Shown in pieces: positions 1 through 8,159 of a stretch of DNA of 64,000 nucleotides. Positions within the stretch are counted from its first letter, which is position 1, and each line of letters begins with the position of its first letter. The stretch covers positions 350,748 to 414,747 of the forward strand of contig JACPKY010000002.1 of NCBI GenBank assembly GCA_016186795.1, given 5' to 3'. A program made the translations under genes and the position numbers. This DNA is from Candidatus Gottesmanbacteria bacterium. Its GTDB lineage: Bacteria; Patescibacteriota; Microgenomatia; 2-02-FULL-39-11. The notes under the pieces were generated by a model. The model worked only from the letters and a program-made list of their open reading frames with translations, was not told the origin of the DNA and ran no database searches.

Positions 1-167
1 TTAAAATAGGTATTTTTGCTTGTTCCAATACCTCATCAGTAATAAATCTGTCCGAGACGTCGGTACCCGTAACAGAAAACCCCGCTTGCTTCATGTATAT
101 TGCAAGTGGTGCCATACCGACTCCTTTTATTCCGACAAAATAAGCAACTTTTTTTTTCATACCGTAC
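1..167 (-). CDS. murC: UDP-N-acetylmuramate--L-alanine ligase MurC, N-terminal 55 aa only. The gene runs off the window start. It is not in the ORF track because it is shorter than 60 aa.
   Basis: Reverse-complement translation from the ATG at 165-167 gives MKKKVAYFVGIKGVGMAPLAIYMKQAGFSVTGTDVSD... This resembles the MurC N-terminal dinucleotide-binding motif (GIGGxGMSxLAxxLxxxGxxVxGSD). It follows pgeF in a dcw-like gene order. Confidence 0.55.
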
Positions 168-830
168 TTAGAGACGGAGTCCTATTCTACTTATCATTCT
201 GCCACCTTTTTTGCCTTCTCGTCTGTAAGAAAAATATTCTTGATGACAAGAAGTACAGATTGAAACATCGTCAATACGCTTTGATCTTACTCCCATTGAC
301 AGAAGATTTTGCGTGGCAATTTGTCCTAAATCTAAATACCATTTTCCCTTACGGTAGAAGCTAACTTTTCCTAACCCGTTTTTCGCAAATTTGTCAACAC
401 GCCCCTTGTCTACAGAGTAACAGCATGACTCAATATGAGGCCCAATGGCAATAACCATAGAAGATGTATTGCCACCGTATGTTTGAAACTTTTTTACTGC
501 TTCTTGAATAATGCCTGCATATAAACCTTTCCACCCAGCATGGAGAGCACCGACAATTTGAGCGATTGGATCGTAAAGGAATATGGGTAAACAATCGGCT
601 GTTCTTACTCCTAGATCCAAATGGTCAACGTCAGTTATTATCCCATCATATCCCTTTCCCAGAGAGTCATTTTTCCCTTTTAGAAAAAGCACTTTTTTCC
701 CATGTACCTGCTCAACCATTGAAAGGGGGGGCTTTTTTTGCTTTGACGCAATGGTAAATTGTTGATCAGATCGGTCAGGGAAAATATGAAATACTCCCTT
801 AAACGTTTGCAGAAGTTTTGACTGTATCAT
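168..830 (-). CDS. pgeF: YfiH/PgeF-family laccase-domain protein (DUF152; peptidoglycan editing factor / purine nucleoside phosphorylase-like)
   Basis: 220 aa with conserved HAGWKG and CxxC-H motifs typical of the YfiH/DUF152 family. It sits at the end of the dcw cluster. Confidence 0.8.
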   Translation of the reverse strand: MIQSKLLQTFKGVFHIFPDRSDQQFTIASKQKKPPLSMVEQVHGKKVLFLKGKNDSLGKGYDGIITDVDHLDLGVRTADCLPIFLYDPIAQIVGALHAGWKGLYAGIIQEAVKKFQTYGGNTSSMVIAIGPHIESCCYSVDKGRVDKFAKNGLGKVSFYRKGKWYLDLGQIATQNLLSMGVRSKRIDDVSICTSCHQEYFSYRREGKKGGRMISRIGLRL

Positions 831-2043
831 ACAACGCCTTTTCTATAGCTTTATGCTCATTCCAAGGATACTCTATTTTGCCATAACACATTGATTTTTC
901 GTGCCCTTTTCCAGTCACTAAAACAGTATCGCCCTTCAAAGCGAGCTTTTTGATAGCAAAATTGATCGCTTCTTGTCTATCGGGTATTTTCCAGTAGTAT
1001 TTTGTGTGACCTTCTTGGTACTTCAAACTTTCCTTCCTTCGATCAGCTTCCTTTACTCGGGCTTCTTTTAGGCCCTTTTCAATTTCAGCATTTATATTTC
1101 TCACGTCTTCAGTTCGCGGATCCTCAGCGGTAAGGATAACAAAATCCGCAAGCCTTCCCGCAATCTCCCCCATTATCGGACGTTTCAATCGGTCGCGAAG
1201 ACCTGCGCAGCCAAAAACGACAATCAATTTTTTCTTCGTAAGTAGCCGAAGTGTTGTAAGTACGGCCTCTAAGGCATTTGGTTTATGAGCAAAATCAATG
1301 TAGACATCAAACTCTTTCCTAGTCGGAATCTTTTCGAGTCTACCAGAAATACCAGGGAATTTACGTATTCCTTTTTCAATTGCCTCTACAGAAATATTTA
1401 AAATTTTAGCAACCGTTGTTGCAGCAAGAATATTGTATGTATTAAAAAGACCAGGAAGGTGAGGGGGCGAATATTTTTGAAATACATCTGATGGATTCAT
1501 TATTCCGAATGTCATGATTTTTGTGTGCAAAGTCTTCCGGAGGGTAGCAGTTGACGAATCATCAGCATTGAGTACTGCATACGATACCCCTTTGAGGATT
1601 TTTTCCTTTGAATGTCTATAGTGAGTGAGTGTTTTATGGTAATCAAGATGTTCATGACTAATATTTGTGATAACTGCAATATCAATTGATGTAGCAAAGG
1701 TTCGAAATTGATCAAGAGCATGAGATGTAACTTCAAGAATAAAAAACTTTGAGCCCCCATCCTTGGCTTTTCTCATAAACCGTTGCAGTGCCCAAGAAGA
1801 CGGTGTTGTTACATGAAACCCAGTGTCGAAGGATTTTCCGTTAATAACAGCTTCCACAGTCGAGATAAGAGAGACTTTTTTTTGATCTTCTTTAAGAATT
1901 TCATAAATGAGATGCGCAGTTGTTGTCTTACCTGATGTTCCGGTAACACCGATAACAGTCATATTTCTTCCAGGGAAAAGGTACCAGAGGGAGGCGCAAA
2001 CCGCATTCAATAAATGATACAAATTCTTGAGCGTGCGGATCAT
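799..2043 (-). CDS. Mur ligase family protein, MurE-like, lacking the usual N-terminal domain (P-loop at residue ~32)
   Basis: GVTGTSGKTTT P-loop, central Mur ligase domain, and a C-terminal ...TGKGHE...PWNE... segment as in MurE. At 414 aa it is shorter than canonical MurE/MurF. It lies immediately downstream of ftsI. Confidence 0.65.
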   Translation of the reverse strand: MIRTLKNLYHLLNAVCASLWYLFPGRNMTVIGVTGTSGKTTTAHLIYEILKEDQKKVSLISTVEAVINGKSFDTGFHVTTPSSWALQRFMRKAKDGGSKFFILEVTSHALDQFRTFATSIDIAVITNISHEHLDYHKTLTHYRHSKEKILKGVSYAVLNADDSSTATLRKTLHTKIMTFGIMNPSDVFQKYSPPHLPGLFNTYNILAATTVAKILNISVEAIEKGIRKFPGISGRLEKIPTRKEFDVYIDFAHKPNALEAVLTTLRLLTKKKLIVVFGCAGLRDRLKRPIMGEIAGRLADFVILTAEDPRTEDVRNINAEIEKGLKEARVKEADRRKESLKYQEGHTKYYWKIPDRQEAINFAIKKLALKGDTVLVTGKGHEKSMCYGKIEYPWNEHKAIEKALYDTVKTSANV

Positions 2044-2072
2044 AGAATAGAACCGTATTATAGCAGAACTTG

Positions 2073-3776
2073 TTATGAGGGAGAAACATTCAGGTAGGAG
2101 AAAATTTCCTTTGCGGTGGCAAAAAAAATGGGAGCTGCTGTTTCAGATCCCCACGGAGATGATGTTGGCTCCTGTATGGTTACCAGCATAGTAAATCGTG
2201 GGCTGTCAACTGGGCCGAAACCAACGAATGAGGCAATTGTTTTATCGCTGTCGTAATGGCCTGCAATTGGAATTTGAGCAGTACCCGTTTTTCCGGCGAT
2301 ACGAAATCCTGGCGGCTTTAGCCGTCTTGCCTCTCCACTATCGACAGCAGATACCATCATTTCTGTCACTATTCGAGCCACCTCTGGTCGAAAGACGGTA
2401 CGATCGACGTGGGGACCAATGGAAATCACTTCGCCTGTATCGAGACGAATTTCTTTTACAACGTATGGCCGCATAAGTTTTCCGCCGTTGGCAATTGCGG
2501 ATACCGCACGGACCATTTGAAGAGGTGTTACGGCAATTCCCTGGCCAAAAGAAGCTGTGGCGTAATCAATCTCATACCACATGCCTTTCGGCCTGAGATT
2601 CGGAGTCGATTCATCCTGCAAATCAATACCTGTAAGACTACCAATTCCCAATTCAGAAAGATACTTCAAAAAAACAGTATCCTCGAGGGTTTTCTGAACC
2701 ATAACCATACCAACGTTTGAGGAATATTGAAGAATTTCCGTTGGTGTTACCTCCCCATGATATTTTTGGTTCCAAGTACGAATCGTGAATCCTCCAATTT
2801 CAATCGGCCCATCTTCTTGAAACTTCATTGTAGACGTTATCTTCCGCTCATTGAATGCCGTCGCCATAACAAGAGTTTTAAATGTTGATCCCGGCTCATA
2901 TGATGCAGAAACTGCAGGGTTTTTATAATACATCTCTGGATAGTCAATAAAATCATTTTGGCCGTATGAAGGGTAGGATGCCATAGCGAGAATTCCACCC
3001 GTAATCGGATCCATCACGATAACGGTACCTCCTTTGGCACCGTAACGGGCAATTCCTGCTTTTAGGTTCTTTTCGACAATAAACTGTATTGTTTTATCAA
3101 GGTAAAGAACTAAACTCCTACCATTTTTTGGCGGTATGTTATTTCGATTCCCAGAAAGTATGGGGTTGCCGGAAGCGTCTACTTCCTCCCGAACTACACC
3201 ATCAACTCCCCGCAACTGTTCATCGTAATATCCTTCAATCCCAAAGTATCCTTGGTCATCACCTTTTGAGTTTTTTCCAACAAATCCAAGTAAATGTGCC
3301 GACATTGAACCTTCTGGGTAAAATCGTTTTGACTCTTCGGTAAAACTTATACCGGAAGCCAAGGATGCTTTAATACGCAATACGTCCTGTTCCTCAACCT
3401 TGTGTTTAATTGGAACCCATACGGAAGAAGACGATATGTGGGAAGAAATTGTCGATTCGGGAATATTAAGTATTTGCGAAAGCGCTGATATAGATTTTGA
3501 AACATCCGTTGACTTTGATGGCTCGATATAAACTCCAAATGCCTCCTGGTTAATAACAAGAGGACTACCGTCAGAGGCGAAAATTTCACCTCGGAGTGCA
3601 GGAATGGGAAGCTTCGTGTTTCGCTGTTTCTCAGCCTGCCCTCCCAATTCATCAGAGGAGAGAACTTGCCAATAGAATAATCGAAAAAGAATAAGGAGGA
3701 AAAAAATGACTATGCTTAAATATACTGCATGAATTCGCCATACCATATTACAATCGTAATTCGTGACCAATGGCAA
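2073..3776 (-). CDS. ftsI: Penicillin-binding protein 2 / FtsI-type peptidoglycan D,D-transpeptidase
   Basis: N-terminal TM anchor, SxxK (GSTFK), and the KTGT motif (AGKTGTAQ) of the transpeptidase domain. Position is after ftsL in the dcw cluster. Confidence 0.85.
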   Translation of the reverse strand: MPLVTNYDCNMVWRIHAVYLSIVIFFLLILFRLFYWQVLSSDELGGQAEKQRNTKLPIPALRGEIFASDGSPLVINQEAFGVYIEPSKSTDVSKSISALSQILNIPESTISSHISSSSVWVPIKHKVEEQDVLRIKASLASGISFTEESKRFYPEGSMSAHLLGFVGKNSKGDDQGYFGIEGYYDEQLRGVDGVVREEVDASGNPILSGNRNNIPPKNGRSLVLYLDKTIQFIVEKNLKAGIARYGAKGGTVIVMDPITGGILAMASYPSYGQNDFIDYPEMYYKNPAVSASYEPGSTFKTLVMATAFNERKITSTMKFQEDGPIEIGGFTIRTWNQKYHGEVTPTEILQYSSNVGMVMVQKTLEDTVFLKYLSELGIGSLTGIDLQDESTPNLRPKGMWYEIDYATASFGQGIAVTPLQMVRAVSAIANGGKLMRPYVVKEIRLDTGEVISIGPHVDRTVFRPEVARIVTEMMVSAVDSGEARRLKPPGFRIAGKTGTAQIPIAGHYDSDKTIASFVGFGPVDSPRFTMLVTIQEPTSSPWGSETAAPIFFATAKEIFSYLNVSPS

Positions 3777-4041
3777 CCGGGAGAGGTGATGATAAAGAAA
3801 GAGGTAGTGCCGTCTTTACTAGTCCATATCCTTGCGCTTTCGCACTTATATTTGCAATAGCTGAGGAGGAGGCAATATGCTGACTCAAGCGAATATTTTC
3901 TGCATCGAGGGTATTTAATTCCTGTTGCAACGTTGTTAATTTTTCTCCGGATGTTGAGTACGTATTCAACATAATAACTTGCGTAACAGCAAGAACAATA
4001 GTCATGATAAATAGAGTCAACTTAATGAACGTTCGAATCAT
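3748..4041 (-). CDS. ftsL: FtsL-like cell-division protein (small bitopic membrane protein with a coiled coil)
   Basis: 97 aa with one N-terminal TM helix followed by a heptad-like coiled-coil segment. It sits between rsmH and ftsI. Confidence 0.5.
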   Translation of the reverse strand: MIRTFIKLTLFIMTIVLAVTQVIMLNTYSTSGEKLTTLQQELNTLDAENIRLSQHIASSSAIANISAKAQGYGLVKTALPLSLSSPLPVAIGHELRL

Positions 4042-5042
4042 AATTTCATAGCCATCCGTAATTTAGCGGAATGTGACCTGCGATTTCTGGTAATTTCTTC
4101 CCTTGATGGCAGAATTGGTTTTTGGGTCATATTTCTCACAATGTTATTCATTTCGAACTCTTTTATTGTTGTTTTTACAATCCTGTCTTCGAGAGAATGG
4201 AATGTTACGACACAAAGTTTCCCACCTTTTTCTAAAAGACCAATTGCGTCACTTATAGCTCTTTTTAGAATTACAAGCTCTTCATTCACTTCAATTCGGA
4301 GTGATTGAAAAATCCTTGCAATACTTCTTCTAATTTTTTCTTCACGGACTCTGGGAGGTACCTTTGCATATTGCTTATTTAATACCCCCGTGATAATTCC
4401 CACTAACTGACCCGTTCTCTCAATCTCTCCTTCTAAACGACGGGCGCGAAAAGTAGCCTCAGCAATTGCCCCAGAATAGAGCTCTTCAGAATATTTACTA
4501 AAAATTTCATACAATGCCTCCTTCGAGTACGTATTAAGAATATTCTTTGCAGTTTTTCCTTTTCCTTTATCAAATCGTAGATCTAATGGTTCATCTTTCA
4601 GATATGAAAACCCTCTCTTTGCATATTCCAGCTGATTTGATGAAACCCCCAGGTCGAAAACGATTCCGGAAACGTTGGTAAAGCCGTATTTTTCTGAAAA
4701 ATACCGTATAGCTGAAAAATTTCCATGTACGAAATATCTATCTTTCCCGCTTAACCACTTCTTTGCGTATAAAATTGCATCGGAATCTGCATCAATTCCT
4801 AAAACCATACCTCCACTTTTTACAATTGCCGCAAGATACCCTCCGCCACCGACAGTTGCGTCAATGTACTTTTTCCCTTTTCGTACGGACAATCCTTCCA
4901 GAACTTCACGAAGAAGTACTGGAACATGCACATTTTTCGGTAAAATCATAGGCAGTATGATTTTACGCACCTTTTTCAAGGAACTTTTTGTACTCACTCC
5001 ATACGTTTTTACTCCAGATCTCAAAGTGATCGCCAGCGCCAA
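4038..5042 (-). CDS. rsmH: 16S rRNA (cytosine1402-N4)-methyltransferase RsmH/MraW. The true start is probably near 4949 (MILPKNVHVPVLL), which removes the overlap with mraZ.
   Basis: HVPVLLxEVLE and DATVGGGGY SAM-binding motifs characteristic of RsmH. It follows mraZ. Confidence 0.9.
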   Translation of the reverse strand: MALAITLRSGVKTYGVSTKSSLKKVRKIILPMILPKNVHVPVLLREVLEGLSVRKGKKYIDATVGGGGYLAAIVKSGGMVLGIDADSDAILYAKKWLSGKDRYFVHGNFSAIRYFSEKYGFTNVSGIVFDLGVSSNQLEYAKRGFSYLKDEPLDLRFDKGKGKTAKNILNTYSKEALYEIFSKYSEELYSGAIAEATFRARRLEGEIERTGQLVGIITGVLNKQYAKVPPRVREEKIRRSIARIFQSLRIEVNEELVILKRAISDAIGLLEKGGKLCVVTFHSLEDRIVKTTIKEFEMNNIVRNMTQKPILPSREEITRNRRSHSAKLRMAMKL

Positions 5043-5364
5043 TAAGTACTACCTCTCCACGTATACTTGCTACTTCCATCATCCGTATAGGAATAATAAA
5101 TCGCCCTTGTGAATCCAACTCGATATTTACTGCTTCGGAACACATTTTCCGCCTTAGATCTCTCCCCTCCTTATCAGAAAAAAGTGGCCGAGCAAGTTCG
5201 GGCCGGGTGACGTTTTCCCATTCCTTCTCTGTAAAGCCAAAAATGCATGAATCAAAGCCAACTGTTAACACCATCCTTCCTCCTCCGAGCTCCTCACGGA
5301 TTTTTTTGGGGAGTGCAACTCTCCCTTTCTCCATTACATTCGGCGCATACGTTCCAAGAAACAT
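4963..5364 (-). CDS. mraZ: Transcriptional regulator MraZ
   Basis: 133 aa with the duplicated MraZ/SpoVT-AbrB-like fold pattern (GxxxxxLDxKGRxxIP ... the same again). It is the first gene of the dcw cluster. Confidence 0.85.
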   Translation of the reverse strand: MFLGTYAPNVMEKGRVALPKKIREELGGGRMVLTVGFDSCIFGFTEKEWENVTRPELARPLFSDKEGRDLRRKMCSEAVNIELDSQGRFIIPIRMMEVASIRGEVVLIGAGDHFEIWSKNVWSEYKKFLEKGA

Positions 5365-5403
5365 AGTTTTCTACATTTTTCACCATTTTAAACCACTTTA
5401 TTC

Positions 5404-5433
5404 CATAATGCTACGAAATACCACCTCTGTCAA
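5404..5433 (-). promoter_or_regulatory. Candidate sigma70-type promoter for the mraZ operon. On the minus strand it is TTGACA, a 17-nt spacer, then CATTAT. GTGG-containing repeats lie downstream and may be an MraZ operator.
   Basis: Minus-strand TTGACA corresponds to plus 5428-5433 and the -10-like CATTAT to plus 5405-5410. GTGG/GGTG repeats (plus CCAC/CACC) occur at about 5381-5396. Confidence 0.35.
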
Positions 5434-5467
5434 GAGGAATTCATAGAGAAGAAAAGAAAGAGGATCT

Positions 5468-7006
5468 TTATGAGGAACCGAGGATAATAACAACATCAAA
5501 GCTACTGGTTAATTCTAGTTCTTCAATATCCGGGGCATTAAATTTCTCATAAATATCAGAGACAATCAGCTGTGTATACTCTTCTTTCGATTTCTTGACT
5601 CTGACGATTGTTGAGGAGTAGGTTGTCTTATCGGCATTTCCACGGGCTACATTTTTGTATCCCTTCTCTTCAAGAAACGAAGCGATTTCCTTCGCATATC
5701 CCGTTTTTTCTGTTCCGTTTTCCACGGAAACCTTAATATCTGTGCGTTTGAGGGATGGATTTACTGTTGGAGTAGGCGTATTTGTCGGAACAAGGGTAGG
5801 AGTTGGAGTCGCGGTCGGTTTTGATGCAAACGGAAGTGAAATACCGCTTCCACCGACTCTTCCAAGAAAGAAAATTCCAATAAGTAAAGCCATGATGACA
5901 CCTGCAAGAAATCCGACAGTCTTTTTGGTCAATAACCGTCCAACCGTAGACGTCTGTTTCACCACCATATCGGAACCGCTGACAAAATATGATGTAGACA
6001 TGTCACGCTTCTCTTTTTCTACTTCTGGACTATTTTTATCTTCCTCTTCATTCTCATCTTCGGAAGCTTGCGGAAGTTTCTCCTCTTTCTGGTTTGCGAT
6101 ATCTTTTGCAAAATTGGGCGCTGCTACATTTTGGCTCAAAAGAAGAGTTCCCAACGCATTTGCAAAGTGGACGATTGGAGTATTTCCTTTGTCAACAGTT
6201 ATTCCCAATTTTGGCAGTAAATCCTCCAAAAGACTAGAAAGTAACACAAGTTTGGGTCCCTCGCCCTCAGTTTCTTCTTTCTTCCCTCTCTCGTTTGAAT
6301 ATGACCCACCAACAACAATGTGCGATATTGAATGTCCAGTTTCAGCTGTCAGCTTTGCTGCTAATTCGTAAAGAGACGTTGTCGAAAGTGTACCGTATTT
6401 TTTCTCGTTAATAAGAAGTGGACCATGCTCGTCAAAAAGAGCGTACTGAAAATCTTTCTTTCCAACATCAAGATACAGAAGAGTTTTTCCTCCAATAATC
6501 TCGCTTTTCAAAAGCATGTACATCGCCTGAGATCTGGAGTACAGTAAGGTAAGTTGCAGATCAACTGTTTTTAAAAATTTCTGAAAGTGGGATATTGTAG
6601 CTTTGGACATGGCTGTATAAAAAATTCTTTTCCCCGACTCCGCTTCAATAACTTTGTAGAAGTTCTCAAGCTCTGTGGGTTCGTAGGGAAGAAACTTCTT
6701 TGCTTCAGACAAAACATACTGAGCAATTTTTTCTTTTTCTACCGTTTCTGGCAGGGGAAAAATTTTGGTGAAGACCTGTTTATCGGTAACCACAAATGCT
6801 ACCTCACCATGTGAAATTGGAGAAGGAATGCCTTTTGAAAGTAAATCAGTGAGTATTGTAGCAAGTTTTTTCTCATCATGGATAATTCCATTGGAGATAA
6901 CACCATCGGTTACAGGTCCGGAGATAATTGAATCCATCGAATGCGCTTCAGGACTCCGTGAGTATAGTACGGCAATTGACGTATCTGAAATATCAAGGAA
7001 AAGCAT
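5468..7006 (-). CDS. PilM/FtsA-like actin-fold ATPase domain fused to a TM segment, a Pro/Thr-rich linker and a C-terminal LytR_C-like domain
   Basis: N-terminus (FLDISDTSIAV...) resembles PilM/FtsA. A central TM helix (GFLAGVIMALLIGIFFLG) is followed by TPTPTLVPTNTPTPT. The C-terminal roughly 90 aa resemble the LytR C-terminal domain. Confidence 0.5.
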   Translation of the reverse strand: MLFLDISDTSIAVLYSRSPEAHSMDSIISGPVTDGVISNGIIHDEKKLATILTDLLSKGIPSPISHGEVAFVVTDKQVFTKIFPLPETVEKEKIAQYVLSEAKKFLPYEPTELENFYKVIEAESGKRIFYTAMSKATISHFQKFLKTVDLQLTLLYSRSQAMYMLLKSEIIGGKTLLYLDVGKKDFQYALFDEHGPLLINEKKYGTLSTTSLYELAAKLTAETGHSISHIVVGGSYSNERGKKEETEGEGPKLVLLSSLLEDLLPKLGITVDKGNTPIVHFANALGTLLLSQNVAAPNFAKDIANQKEEKLPQASEDENEEEDKNSPEVEKEKRDMSTSYFVSGSDMVVKQTSTVGRLLTKKTVGFLAGVIMALLIGIFFLGRVGGSGISLPFASKPTATPTPTLVPTNTPTPTVNPSLKRTDIKVSVENGTEKTGYAKEIASFLEEKGYKNVARGNADKTTYSSTIVRVKKSKEEYTQLIVSDIYEKFNAPDIEELELTSSFDVVIILGSS

Positions 7007-7051
7007 ACCCTATAAGCATAGCAAAGTTTCAGAAATTTTCAACCGATAAGC

Positions 7052-7702
7052 TTAATATGAGGCCAAATGAGATAGTACACGTCCACGCTCCTGTTTTAGT
7101 TGAAACGATTCTCCATGACCAGGATAAATAGAAGTCTCATCTGGTAACGCAAGAATACGGGTTAACGATTTACGCATATCCTCGGCACTACTATACGAAA
7201 AATCAGTTCTCCCTATTCCTCCACCAGAAAAAAGAAGATCGCCGCAAAAAAGACGCTGTTCATTTTCTACAGAAAGACAAACACTCCCAGGAGTATGTCC
7301 AGGGGTTCCCAGAATATTTATATTGATAGTCCCAAATGGAAAAGATTTTCCAGACAATAAATATGTATCAACACGTGGAGGTGGATCGACAGTAGTTCCA
7401 AGAAAATATCGTGCTGACTCTCGCATATTGTTGACAAGAAATGTATCATCTTTATGCAGTAAAAATGGAATTGAATAGGCAAGCTTCAACTCAGTAACTC
7501 CTAAAATGTGATCGAAATGACCATGTGTTGCAATAATCCCAATTGGTTGACAGTTGAGATCGGAAATTCTCCTAATAATAAAGTCTGCATCATCCCCTGG
7601 ATCAATAATCAGGGAATGATGTGTTTGAGAATTAACGAAAAGGTAACAGTTTGTTGAAAGTGCACCTACCCGTAAGGTGAAGATTTGAAGCGTAGGCTTC
7701 AT
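7052..7702 (-). CDS. MBL-fold metallo-hydrolase (glyoxalase II-like)
   Basis: The HxHxDH motif (ATHGHFDH) and downstream His/Asp ligands place it in the metallo-beta-lactamase superfamily. Confidence 0.8.
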   Translation of the reverse strand: MKPTLQIFTLRVGALSTNCYLFVNSQTHHSLIIDPGDDADFIIRRISDLNCQPIGIIATHGHFDHILGVTELKLAYSIPFLLHKDDTFLVNNMRESARYFLGTTVDPPPRVDTYLLSGKSFPFGTININILGTPGHTPGSVCLSVENEQRLFCGDLLFSGGGIGRTDFSYSSAEDMRKSLTRILALPDETSIYPGHGESFQLKQERGRVLSHLASY

Positions 7703-8154
7703 TGAAGTTGATACGTTTTATGAAAGACGGAAACGCCTGTTGGAGAGTTAAACTTAAGAGATAGATCAATACTGGTAACTCCACTATCGTAGACGCATTT
7801 TCCACTGCTACAAGTTCCTAAAACGATGTCGCTACGAACTATTTCTGTCTCACCGTTTGTTGTAATTTTGCCAAGAACTCCTCGTGGAAGACCGGCTCCT
7901 GTAATATATGTTAATTCATATTCGACTGTTTCGACAGTACTTGGTATTCCAACTATCCGAAGTCTCATGACTCCTGAGGAAACATTTGTCAGCTCAACAG
8001 TGATACTATCTGAAATTGTCGGAAAGGCAACCGTCGGGGTAGGTTCTCCCTCTTTTTTCTCTTGTATGTTTGATGCTCCTTTGAACCAAAGTCCCACAAG
8101 GATAGCGACAATAATAACGCCTACAATTGATGCTCCAAGGATAATTTTTTTCAT
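7699..8154 (-). CDS. Hypothetical membrane-anchored protein (N-terminal TM followed by a beta-rich extracytoplasmic domain)
   Basis: 151-aa ORF with N-terminal hydrophobic helix (IILGASIVGVIIVAILVGLWF). It is translationally coupled to the flanking genes. No recognisable family. Confidence 0.45.
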   Translation of the reverse strand: MKKIILGASIVGVIIVAILVGLWFKGASNIQEKKEGEPTPTVAFPTISDSITVELTNVSSGVMRLRIVGIPSTVETVEYELTYITGAGLPRGVLGKITTNGETEIVRSDIVLGTCSSGKCVYDSGVTSIDLSLKFNSPTGVSVFHKTYQLQ

Positions 8155-8159
8155 GAGGA

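Noticed and set aside
20-364. 114-aa plus-strand ORF at the window start
   Set aside because: It overlaps the minus-strand murC N-terminus and pgeF C-terminus, both of which have recognisable conserved motifs. It has no motif support and no independent start context.
5731-5870. Possible DNA-level tandem repeat underlying the PT-rich linker
   Set aside because: The repetition is at the amino-acid level (TPTPT...VPTNTPTPT) with varied codons. No clean DNA direct repeat, CRISPR-like spacing or minisatellite structure is evident.
5655-6371. 238-aa plus-strand ORF with a (VG)n-rich translation (VGVGVFVGTRVGVGVAVG)
   Set aside because: It lies entirely inside the minus-strand PilM-like/LytR_C gene. 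The VG repeats are the antisense reading of its Pro/Thr-rich linker codons. It is a shadow ORF.
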